64,000 bases of DNA from a virus, in IMG/VR virus record IMGVR_UViG_3300025141_000021; one strand, written 5' to 3'. Position numbers and translations under genes: made by a program. Numbering within the stretch: the stretch's first letter is position 1; each line of letters starts with the position of its first letter. The notes beneath the pieces were generated by a model. That model did not search any database. It was not told the origin of the DNA and saw nothing but the letters and a program-made list of their open reading frames with translations. Positions 8,588 to 16,914 of this stretch are shown here, in pieces.

Positions 8588-8845
8588 TTACCTTCTCGGG
8601 GCTCTATGGTTATGTCTAGTGTGGCTCCTATGTCGAGTATTGATATACCTTGTGCGAGGATGAAAATGCACACGATAATATCTCACGTGATTATGACGCT
8701 TGTTGCAATAAGAAAAGTGATAGCAAACGTGATTTTTTAATATTTCAACCGGTAACCGGTTGGCATGCGTTGCACATGCGTTTGCCGCAACAGGAGCTAG
8801 CGTCAAAAACGCCAATATAACACCAAGAGAAGTCAAGTACTTCAT
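8588..8845 (-). CDS. Small exported His/Arg-rich protein
   Basis: Signal-peptide-like N-terminus (MKYLTSLGVILAFLTLAPVAANA) then a His/Arg/Tyr-rich tail; GAGG RBS. Confidence 0.65.
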   Translation of the reverse strand: MKYLTSLGVILAFLTLAPVAANACATHANRLPVEILKNHVCYHFSYCNKRHNHVRYYRVHFHPRTRYINTRHRSHTRHNHRAPRR

Positions 8846-8866
8846 AAAATTTCCTCTCTACACTAA

Positions 8867-10009
8867 TTATAAACTTGATGTAGAATTTTGTAAAGTTTCT
8901 TCTTCATCTAAATTATAAAATTCCGAAGCTTCTCCTTGTCGTTTGTCAAACCTCATAACAATTTCCTGTTCCATCAATTGCAAAACCCTATTTCGAAACT
9001 TTTCATCTTTCAGCATGTTAAGCCACTTGGATGCCTGAAATTTAATTTCTTCACCGTCTTCATGAACCAGCGAAAACCATGCACCAGCTTGCTTAATTTG
9101 GTCAGAAGACTTAATCGCTTCAAACCAGCTTAATTCATCCTGAATGCCAATTTCGTCACCCCACATAATCTTAAAGCTACATTGTCTACCTTCGGTACCA
9201 AATCGACTTTTCTTAAGTGTTGCTTTAACCTCTGATCCGATTCTAAACCCTTGATCGTCCGTGATAAAGCTTGCCTTAGCTTTCCTGCCGGTAAGCCACA
9301 CTCGCAATGAGTAGGCATAGATCATAGCCTTGCCACCAGGGGTCATATAAGGCTCTACAAGCGCCTGTGAGGGACTTCTGGTGATGTTCGTCTTGAGTTG
9401 GTTGAGTACTAGGAAAGTGCTCTTAGAATTGGCTATAGGCACTGTTAGCTTAGACATACCTTTTGCCAAAATTCTTGCCTTGACTGCCATAGATGAGAGG
9501 GGATTGAAATCACCCTCAATATCTGAGACTGCTGGCGTAAGTGCCAGCGAATCCCAAATAAAAAGCATCTGGTTATCGTTGGAACCCAACAGCTCTTCAA
9601 TTGTTTCTAAAACAAACTCAACAGAAGTTGCTTGAATATAAAGCAGACTATTAAGATCGCAGCCTGTGCGTTCTAAAAAAGTTGGGTCAATCGCAGATTC
9701 GGAATCGAAGTAAAATACATCAATTCCCATCTTTTGAGCATTTGCGGCAACCTGTGCAGCCATAAAAGACTTTCCGGAAGATTCCAGACCAGCAATCTCA
9801 ATGATTTTTCCAACAGGTATGCCCGCTCGATAACCACGACAAATAATTGAATCTAGCCAGCGAGAGCCAGTTGGGATCCATTCTTTAACCGCGGTTGGAT
9901 TATCATCTTTTAAACTATGAGCGACAGTCATGCCAGCTTTCTTATTAATAAGCTGACGCATCTGATCAATCGATAGCTTGCCAGCCTTAACTTTCTTTGC
10001 CCGGGCCAT
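8867..10009 (-). CDS. recA: RecA/UvsX recombinase (380 aa; start reassigned to MARAKK)
   Basis: IPTGS..LD, Walker A GLESSGKS, Walker B FIWDSLA, LNQLK, TPGGKA and KKSRFG motifs; GGAG RBS. Confidence 0.95.
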   Translation of the reverse strand: MARAKKVKAGKLSIDQMRQLINKKAGMTVAHSLKDDNPTAVKEWIPTGSRWLDSIICRGYRAGIPVGKIIEIAGLESSGKSFMAAQVAANAQKMGIDVFYFDSESAIDPTFLERTGCDLNSLLYIQATSVEFVLETIEELLGSNDNQMLFIWDSLALTPAVSDIEGDFNPLSSMAVKARILAKGMSKLTVPIANSKSTFLVLNQLKTNITRSPSQALVEPYMTPGGKAMIYAYSLRVWLTGRKAKASFITDDQGFRIGSEVKATLKKSRFGTEGRQCSFKIMWGDEIGIQDELSWFEAIKSSDQIKQAGAWFSLVHEDGEEIKFQASKWLNMLKDEKFRNRVLQLMEQEIVMRFDKRQGEASEFYNLDEEETLQNSTSSL

Positions 10010-10010
10010 C

Positions 10011-10565
10011 TTAGTCTCCCCTCTCTGCGATATCGAGGGCGCGCTGTTCCATGGTATTAAGGGCTTCAAGGGCCCTGCGTTCATCGAGCAGTTCAAATCG
10101 ATACTTCTCACCAAGCCTTATCTTTCTTAAGGCATCCGGATGACGTGCTGCGATACTACGCAGTCGCGACGTTAGAGACCCCTTTTTACGATTCCAGCGA
10201 GCGCAAAGCTCACGAGGGGCAAAAAACCGCTTTCCCAAAAGATCTAGCGGCATATTCTCACCAATATGGGTAGCTAGTTGCGATTCCCTCACAACCAAAT
10301 GACCATTAGAACCTGGAAAGAGATCAATATCGCCATTAACGACCCGGGTGGATCGGGGAGAAATGGAATATCCAAAAACTTCTAGAATTTTTGATACTGA
10401 TATCTCCCTATCTTCGAATACTTCAGGCGTATCTTCCATTTCCATGGTTACCGTAGCAATGTTTTCAATTTCTGGTTCCAAGGGGGTGTCTTTCCCCAGT
10501 GCTAGCAAAAGTATTTCATTCTGCATCTTAATCAGTTCTATAATTTTTTCTTTTTCTATATTCAT
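10011..10565 (-). CDS. Hypothetical protein with a possible C-terminal winged-HTH (excisionase/MerR-like)
   Basis: RFFAPRELCARWNRKKGSLTSRLR...IRLGEKYRF resembles an HTH plus wing; translationally coupled to its neighbours. Confidence 0.5.
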   Translation of the reverse strand: MNIEKEKIIELIKMQNEILLLALGKDTPLEPEIENIATVTMEMEDTPEVFEDREISVSKILEVFGYSISPRSTRVVNGDIDLFPGSNGHLVVRESQLATHIGENMPLDLLGKRFFAPRELCARWNRKKGSLTSRLRSIAARHPDALRKIRLGEKYRFELLDERRALEALNTMEQRALDIAERGD

Positions 10566-10567
10566 TT

Positions 10568-11863
10568 TTATTCGCCTCTCTTTCCTACAGTGTGGTTATC
10601 AATAAACTTGAGTTTTGTTCCAGACGTATAATTCTGTTGCAACAGCTTCAATACACTGTTTGCAAACTTCTCAATTTCAGCTTTAGAGTGCTGACCAGCA
10701 ATAAGCTCCATAATATTATAATAATCAGACCAATCTACTACTTGCGACTTTTCAAAGCCTTCTGCGCTGTTCAGCTTAGTCTTATAATTCTTTGCGGTTT
10801 CGAAAATATCCTTAGTTGAATACACAAAGCTTTCAAGCCCAACATCGTTAATATACTTGGTCAGTTGAGTATCATCCCACTTAAGTGCAACTAGGGCGAG
10901 AAGCATCTTGAAAAAGGTCTTTGAATATCTTTCAGTTTTGCTCAATGTTAGCGTTCCACTATTATTCAGACTATACAAGTCAATAAGCGCATCCTTAAGA
11001 TTTTTAAAAATCTTATTAAAATTCTTATCTTTTGAAATATCGTTTCCATTGTCCATGACGCCGTTAACGATAAAAAGGCCGGCCCTGCCGTAATATACCT
11101 GTAGAGGTCTGCTGTCCAACAAACATTGGATAACGTTTGCGGCGAACAAATTCATGTCACGCTTCATGTTGTTCAACTTCGTAATATTGCTAAGGGGGTC
11201 TTTGCTATTACTAGAAATTGAGAAAAGTGAACAAACCTTCTGTGCAAAGTCGTTCCCACCGCTAGGGTCGCCCAAAGTGTGGATGAAATCACCATATTGA
11301 AGCGGCATGTGGTTTTGAAGTCTCAAAAACCACCTAATCTTTTCTTCAACTGTAAGTACTTGCTCGTGTGTTACAACGGTGTGCCTTTCAAACTGCCTTT
11401 GTGCAGTCTTTGGCAGATCCGAAAAATAAAACATATTCGGAGCCTTTCCAGAATCAAAGGCTTCTACGATTTTTCGCAACTTCTTGCTACGTTCACTCGA
11501 TGTGTTGGTATTGTTGATTTCTTCTAAGTAATCCTTGCGATACATATCATATATCATCTTGGAATACTTCTTCGAAACATGCACCTGATCCACGATAAAC
11601 TTATAGCCAGTCAAAAACCTTTGCTGGCCATCCTCTATCTCAGATTCGTGAATTGGTGTCTTTTGGCTGTCGGTTCCCTTAACATCGTTAAGAAACAAGA
11701 TGCCATAGAATTTACCACATAAAATGTCAAAAATTAATTCATCAATGAAATTTTGTTTGGTGCCCCACACATATTCTCTCTGGTGTGGGGGGATGGTTAA
11801 TGCACCATCATTGTATTCGCTAACTAGATCTCTAAAAGATCTATGTGTAAAATTAAAACTCAT
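10568..11863 (-). CDS. DUF262 (ParB/Srx-like, GmrS-type) domain protein
   Basis: IPPHQREYVW, LIFDILCG..GILFL and EDGQQRFLT match the DUF262 signatures; strong AAGGAGG RBS. Confidence 0.8.
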   Translation of the reverse strand: MSFNFTHRSFRDLVSEYNDGALTIPPHQREYVWGTKQNFIDELIFDILCGKFYGILFLNDVKGTDSQKTPIHESEIEDGQQRFLTGYKFIVDQVHVSKKYSKMIYDMYRKDYLEEINNTNTSSERSKKLRKIVEAFDSGKAPNMFYFSDLPKTAQRQFERHTVVTHEQVLTVEEKIRWFLRLQNHMPLQYGDFIHTLGDPSGGNDFAQKVCSLFSISSNSKDPLSNITKLNNMKRDMNLFAANVIQCLLDSRPLQVYYGRAGLFIVNGVMDNGNDISKDKNFNKIFKNLKDALIDLYSLNNSGTLTLSKTERYSKTFFKMLLALVALKWDDTQLTKYINDVGLESFVYSTKDIFETAKNYKTKLNSAEGFEKSQVVDWSDYYNIMELIAGQHSKAEIEKFANSVLKLLQQNYTSGTKLKFIDNHTVGKRGE

Positions 11864-11935
11864 TTTGTACCTCCTTAAATTAATGGTGGCCTTACACGCG
11901 CCTAATTTGCTAACGTGTCTTGCCTAATAAGTTTA

Positions 11936-11962
11936 GTGAGACACCTGATAACCCTGTGCCTC
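11936..11962 (-). repeat. 27-bp direct repeat / hairpin, copy 1 (downstream of the FKBP gene)
   Basis: gtgagacacctgataaccctgtgcctc; 26/27 identical to 12454-12480. Confidence 0.9.
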
Positions 11963-11980
11963 TCCCGTGGATAATAATAT

Positions 11981-12430
11981 TTATTTGAAGCTTATAAGCT
12001 CAATTTCAAAATTTAAATTCTTCCCCGCCATTGGGTGGTTAAAATCCAGTACAACAGTGTCTTCGCCTACTGAATCAATTCTCGCGACGGCTTGCTCTCC
12101 CACGGCGCTTTGTCCCTGCACCATGGCTCCTACCTCAAAATCAAAATCTGGAGGGAAGGCTGTTTGCGGAATAGGGTGAAAAAGTTCTGCGTCGGGTTCT
12201 CCATAAGCCTCTTCGGGGGTCAACTTAATTGTCTTCGTTTCTCCGACAGCCATTCCCTTCAAGGCCGAATCAAATCCGGCAATTAGCTCTCCAGAACCAA
12301 CCTTGAAGGATAGCTCTTCTCCGCGGATACGGGAACTATCAAATTCGGTACCATCATCAAATGTTCCGACGTAGTGAATATTCACTCTCGTTCCCTTTCT
12401 CGCTTTTCTTACTTTACTAGTATTACTCAT
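11981..12430 (-). CDS. slyD: FKBP-type peptidyl-prolyl isomerase (SlyD/FkpB-like with IF domain)
   Basis: VNIHYVGTFDDGTEFDSS, LIAGFDSALKGM, PEEAYG and DFNHPMAGKNLNFEIEL; no His-rich SlyD tail. Confidence 0.93.
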   Translation of the reverse strand: MSNTSKVRKARKGTRVNIHYVGTFDDGTEFDSSRIRGEELSFKVGSGELIAGFDSALKGMAVGETKTIKLTPEEAYGEPDAELFHPIPQTAFPPDFDFEVGAMVQGQSAVGEQAVARIDSVGEDTVVLDFNHPMAGKNLNFEIELISFK

Positions 12431-12453
12431 GTATTAATTCCATTCTTGTTAAT

Positions 12454-12480
12454 GTGAGGCACCTGATAACCCTGTGCCTC
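12454..12480 (-). repeat. 27-bp direct repeat / hairpin, copy 2 (downstream of gp32)
   Basis: gtgaggcacctgataaccctgtgcctc; stem GAGGCAC/GTGCCTC with an 11-nt loop. Confidence 0.9.
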
Positions 12481-12497
12481 CCTGTGGGAGCGGAAAT

Positions 12498-13247
12498 TTA
12501 GCTCATTAGCTGATCGAACGCTTCATCAACCGAAGTGGCAGCCTTGTCTGTATTATACTGAGTAGTCTCAGACGAAGTGCCCTCTGCTGTATCATCGCTA
12601 GCAAGATATTCATCAAGCAGCGTTTCAACATCAGCAGTGGTCTTTCTCTCAAAGAGAGAATCAAAATCTGGAATTGAATCCAGAAGTTCGCTACACTGTT
12701 CTTCAGTGATATTGTCGCAAAGCTCAGAGGGATTGCGACGAGGCTGCAACTTAGTCTGCGGGAACTGAGCGCCTGCAGGCTTTCCATAGTTGAGTATCAA
12801 ATCGGTACCAGCCTCGGTATCGGTGATATCGCCATATTCTGGGTTCAATACAAGATTTAGCAAACTTTCATATGCCATCTTGCCATATCCCCAGACCCGA
12901 ACTCCGGATTCCTCTTCTCCGCGAACAAGAACGGGAGAAAAGAAGCGTTGGCGAGCAAAGAAACTCTTAGCCAGCTTGACGCTCTCGGGAGTGCCCTCTT
13001 GATAAAGCTTGTAAGCAAAATCACAGACTGCACATCGATCTCCAAAATTCTTCTTAGGACATAAAAATCCCGGGTTGTTGCCAACGTTATAATGGAAATA
13101 CTGTTCCTTAAAGGGATCTCCATCTTCTGTGGGAACAATCCTAATTGTCTGTTCACCGTCCTGTGGTCGCCAAAAGGCAGAAGTGCTGCCTCCGCGATTC
13201 TGTGTTGCGGCCAACTTGGCGCGCATCTTCTTCAAATTAATAGCCAT
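12498..13247 (-). CDS. gp32: T4 gp32-like single-stranded DNA-binding protein
   Basis: FWRPQDG..IRIVP, zinc ligands HYN..FLCP....DRCAVC, VWGYGK, DITD....DL and an acidic C-terminal tail. Confidence 0.88.
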   Translation of the reverse strand: MAINLKKMRAKLAATQNRGGSTSAFWRPQDGEQTIRIVPTEDGDPFKEQYFHYNVGNNPGFLCPKKNFGDRCAVCDFAYKLYQEGTPESVKLAKSFFARQRFFSPVLVRGEEESGVRVWGYGKMAYESLLNLVLNPEYGDITDTEAGTDLILNYGKPAGAQFPQTKLQPRRNPSELCDNITEEQCSELLDSIPDFDSLFERKTTADVETLLDEYLASDDTAEGTSSETTQYNTDKAATSVDEAFDQLMS

Positions 13248-13334
13248 AATATATTTCCTCCTATATTGTGGGTGGCTACCCTATAGTACATCCAGCAAAT
13301 CTTCCGAATGTCTAGTATCTATTATAATCCTTTT

Positions 13335-14192
13335 TCATAAATTGTAAAGCTGTATTTTGTTAGTATGACATAAAATATATCCCAGGTCGTGTTCATATTC
13401 TGTGGGGTATAGGCCATATAAAACTTTCATATTTTTCTTTAGATTCTCTTCCAGGTTCTTCTTGGCTCTGGCCTTAATTTCTGTAAAAAATTTCCCGTCT
13501 GTTTCAAGCTTCGTTTTGTTTATACCATAATAATACCTCTTTTCGCGAACTAAGTCAAGGTCAAAAAATATTTTTTCTTCACCAGTTTCAACATCAATGA
13601 TTCCTATCGTCGAAATTCGTACTGAGGGGATTGGTTCCGAAAATGTGTCAATAACCGAAGTAGAGTGATTAAAAACATTTATCATGTGAAGCGTCGGTAC
13701 TATCGCATCGTTTATTTTGTCATAATAACCAATTGCGGGCACGTTTTCTAATATTTGTTCAATTTTTGAATTTGACACAAGATAGATTCTGTTAATCATG
13801 GCGGATCTTGCAAATTCTTGTAAAATTCCGCAAGTTACACGTTCTTGCTTCTTTCTAAGATCGCTCAATAATTCATATTCTGGCTGAATGTATAAAACGC
13901 TAATTCTACAATGCCTAATCTGCTCTAATATTCTCAATGATGAGCCGGCGATAGCCCCAGAGCCGCCAACAATAAAAAGAACCTCTTCGTTGATGTCTCC
14001 GAAAAACTCTTTCATGTCTGGGCAGCTTTCTTCATAGGCTTCGTGACTACCTTTTTTTGGAAAGTCGAATGTTTTACTTTTTTCACCAAGTTCTAGACCA
14101 ACATCGATTTTAAAAATCTTATATTGAGAATATTGTGCAAACTTATCGGCAATATTACATCCTGCAGCACCTAGGCCGATTATTGTTCTCAC
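13335..14192 (-). CDS. Divergent tubulin/FtsZ (PhuZ-like) GTPase
   Basis: T1 loop IIGLGAAGCNIAD, degenerate signature VGGSGAIAGSS, IQP (T5), VSNSKI (T6) and YDKINDAI (helix 7 Asn). Confidence 0.75.
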   Translation of the reverse strand: MRTIIGLGAAGCNIADKFAQYSQYKIFKIDVGLELGEKSKTFDFPKKGSHEAYEESCPDMKEFFGDINEEVLFIVGGSGAIAGSSLRILEQIRHCRISVLYIQPEYELLSDLRKKQERVTCGILQEFARSAMINRIYLVSNSKIEQILENVPAIGYYDKINDAIVPTLHMINVFNHSTSVIDTFSEPIPSVRISTIGIIDVETGEEKIFFDLDLVREKRYYYGINKTKLETDGKFFTEIKARAKKNLEENLKKNMKVLYGLYPTEYEHDLGYILCHTNKIQLYNL

Positions 14193-14491
14193 TCGTTCTC
14201 CAAAACTTTCTCTAGGATGATCCTCTTATCAAATCTTCCATTAACATATGCTTTCATACCCATTTTATGGCCCGAAAGCCTCATATGTCCCTTAATAGCG
14301 TCTAACACTTCTAGAACATCCGCAAATTCTTCTTCGCTTGGATTATCTAGAAATTCTTGAGCTTCTTCAACCAGCTTCTCTCTGAGCTTTAGATTATACT
14401 CTCTATCATCTGCAATATGATAAGTGCACTTCTTCCCTCTCTCAGTTATAAGCTTGGGGATATTGTCTCTTACAAGTTTGTTGTATTCCAT
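14189..14491 (-). CDS. MazG-like / phosphoribosyl-ATP pyrophosphohydrolase-family NTP pyrophosphatase
   Basis: YNKLVRDNIP, KLVEEAQEF and EEFADVLEV (ExxE...ExxD). Confidence 0.85.
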   Translation of the reverse strand: MEYNKLVRDNIPKLITERGKKCTYHIADDREYNLKLREKLVEEAQEFLDNPSEEEFADVLEVLDAIKGHMRLSGHKMGMKAYVNGRFDKRIILEKVLENE

Positions 14492-15669
14492 TTTAGTTCC
14501 CTCATCTCGCCAAAGTTTTTTCCAACTTTTATGTTAACTCGAAAATCTCCAAAATTTGTCCGAGAAAAAATTTTGACAAATTCCGATATTGAAAGTGAAT
14601 CTGTTTTTGAGAAGTCAATTACAAGACTATCATGAATCAAAAAAGATATAAAGCTATTTTTTCCGTCTAACAGATCATGTATCTTGATTGCCTGTCTTAA
14701 GAAAATATCTGACGCCGTTGACTGCACCAAATAGTTAACCGCATGAAATTCATCCGATTCAATCAGTCTTCCATATGGATTAATAACGTGTGATCCGTTC
14801 CAATATTTATCTTTAATATATCCTCGATCATATGTTCTGTTTGCTAGGTGATCTTGAGATTCTGAATTATAAAGCCAAGCAAATATTCTTTTCTTTGCTT
14901 CTTCTCTAGAGCCAATACCTCGATAAACATTCTTTAAATTCCACTCATGTATATCTTCTAGTGGCTGTTGTTTATCAGAAAGAGCCAACAACGTCCGAAG
15001 CTCTGCAGCATTAAAATCTAGCTCAATAAAACAGTCATTAGTCGGCTTAAGTACTTTTCTATGTTCTTTGTTCATTGTCAATATTGGAAAGCTGCTTTTT
15101 TGAGTTGTAAGTCGGCCAGTCTTGGTGCCAAACGTCTTGTATATACAATTTGGTGAAATTCTATTTAGCTTCTGTACGAATTTTCGTGTGCTTAATTCCG
15201 GCATGCTATTGCGAAGCACAGAGGTATCAATGTTTAGCTTTTTAGTTTTAACCTCTTCTAAAACTTTTGTGAGAGAAACGAGAAACTCGTAGTTCTCTGG
15301 TTTATTGTAAGTTTCAAGCACGTGCTTTGTAATCTGATTTTTTATGTCACAAAATTCTAGCAAGAACTGTTCAGGCACTAAATCGAAAAAGCAGTTGTCA
15401 TCTAAAGATATTTTTGCTTCTCTAAAAGAGGTAAAAAATGCTTTTAGCTTTTGACTGATCGTCGTCCACCTTTCTTTGAGGTGTTCTGGACACACTTCTT
15501 CCAAAGACTTCCCTCCACAATATAAAAAGGCATAGTTTACATCTAAATTTTTAAGGAAGGGTGCGTATTTCCAAGTTGCTGTTAGATCGGTTGATAACGC
15601 TTCTGTTATTTTACCATCGACATAATATTTTGCGCACTCGTTTTTATCGTCGAGCATTTGAAATAACAT
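14470..15669 (-). CDS. polA: Compact family-A DNA polymerase (399 aa)
   Basis: TKTGRL, motif A LDFNAAELR, motif B REEAKKRIFAWLY, NYLVQSTASD and motif C IHDSL. Confidence 0.82.
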   Translation of the reverse strand: MLFQMLDDKNECAKYYVDGKITEALSTDLTATWKYAPFLKNLDVNYAFLYCGGKSLEEVCPEHLKERWTTISQKLKAFFTSFREAKISLDDNCFFDLVPEQFLLEFCDIKNQITKHVLETYNKPENYEFLVSLTKVLEEVKTKKLNIDTSVLRNSMPELSTRKFVQKLNRISPNCIYKTFGTKTGRLTTQKSSFPILTMNKEHRKVLKPTNDCFIELDFNAAELRTLLALSDKQQPLEDIHEWNLKNVYRGIGSREEAKKRIFAWLYNSESQDHLANRTYDRGYIKDKYWNGSHVINPYGRLIESDEFHAVNYLVQSTASDIFLRQAIKIHDLLDGKNSFISFLIHDSLVIDFSKTDSLSISEFVKIFSRTNFGDFRVNIKVGKNFGEMRELKWNTTNL

Positions 15670-15682
15670 TGATTATCCGTTG

Positions 15683-16912
15683 TCAGTAACTAGGATTGGG
15701 CGCTGGTGCCTTGGGGATGAAAGGCTTGTCTTTTGCCGCGTCCATTTTGTTGGCAGCAACAGGTGTCTTTGTCTTGTTAGTCATATCATTAATATAACTG
15801 ATTGCTTTGCTTTTGTCAAGGTGTTTTAGTCGAGCATTTATGTGTCGTAAAAAATTTTTCTGCTGATGTGAATCTAAATTTCTTCTCGTCTCGCCAAGTC
15901 TGAGGCGCGCATAGACTTCTAATACAAACATATCTCCATATTTATTATCAAATTGGCTTGAGAGCAGTTGTGTACGATTTCCAATAAGGCTGATTGTGTG
16001 ATTTTTGTTAATTACGTAGGGCACCGCAGTGAGTGGATTGGTTGCAACAAACGCATTATAAAATTGTAGCATATAAAACTTAACGATATCAAAATCTAAT
16101 CTGTGTGCAACATAAAAATAGTTTTTGAACAAGTTCTCTTCATTAATCCCATACGCATGCATATAAAGCTGCATTTGTGGAGAGGTTATGTCAGCCACAA
16201 GGCGCCATGGCGCATTTTTATCAATTTTGAAACCAAATCCAGTGGCTGCGTCGACATAACATCGAAAGTTCGGATCGCTAATAAATTTTGCAAGCTTGTC
16301 CGGATCATCCGAATGGGAGAGGTCGGCAATTTCAATGCACAGACCACTAATCATCGGTGAACAGTACGAAGACTTAATAAATCCTGTTTTCGTAAATGGT
16401 ATTTTTCCAACAATTGAATTGGAGAAGTCCATGAAGACATCGCTAAACGTTTTAAAATTCCTAATCGATCTTTCTTTGGGAGTTACAAAATTTTGGCCAA
16501 ATCCCGCGTACATTTGCTCAACATGTTTGTGGTATAAGTTATTAACACTAACCCATCCTTTCTTTGCCTCAAACCTTTTTAAAAATCCAGAATCCGAAGC
16601 AACATTATTAAGTTTTAATTTTTGTATGTGAAGTGCCATGGCCTTGAATGCGGTGGCAACAAAGTTGATCGCTCGTGGGGAGCCTGCTGTAGAGGGTATA
16701 TTTTTGAGTATTGATTCTGAAGGATATACCGCATCTCCTCTGTGGTTTAGTCTGCCATAAAGTCTTTTATTTTTAAGCGGTATGCTTTGGTCGTACCAGA
16801 GATCGATAGGTGTCGCAAGATCTCTTGGATACACTGCTCTTTTATAATATTTTCTTTCTTCGAAAATATCTCTGGCGCCTAAGTCATTATTTCCTAGTGG
16901 TGTTCTTGGCAT
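15683..16912 (-). CDS. Hypothetical 409-aa protein at the end of the tail/baseplate operon
   Basis: Long ORF coupled to the hub gene (2-nt gap); no motif recognised. Confidence 0.7.
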   Translation of the reverse strand: MPRTPLGNNDLGARDIFEERKYYKRAVYPRDLATPIDLWYDQSIPLKNKRLYGRLNHRGDAVYPSESILKNIPSTAGSPRAINFVATAFKAMALHIQKLKLNNVASDSGFLKRFEAKKGWVSVNNLYHKHVEQMYAGFGQNFVTPKERSIRNFKTFSDVFMDFSNSIVGKIPFTKTGFIKSSYCSPMISGLCIEIADLSHSDDPDKLAKFISDPNFRCYVDAATGFGFKIDKNAPWRLVADITSPQMQLYMHAYGINEENLFKNYFYVAHRLDFDIVKFYMLQFYNAFVATNPLTAVPYVINKNHTISLIGNRTQLLSSQFDNKYGDMFVLEVYARLRLGETRRNLDSHQQKNFLRHINARLKHLDKSKAISYINDMTNKTKTPVAANKMDAAKDKPFIPKAPAPNPSY

Positions 16913-16914
16913 GG

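Noticed and set aside
8862-8870. Late-motif copy ACTAATTAT on the + strand (antisense to recA)
   Set aside because: A single reversed hit with a palindromic TAATTA core that overlaps the recA stop codon; likely chance.
13248-13334. T4 gene 32-type autoregulatory pseudoknot upstream of SSB
   Set aside because: Could not identify a convincing two-stem pseudoknot or unstructured repeat tract by eye.
13335-14192. Nucleus-forming (chimallin) phage inferred from the tubulin-like gene
   Set aside because: No chimallin or multisubunit RNAP genes in the window, and the structural genes are T4-like rather than phiKZ-like.
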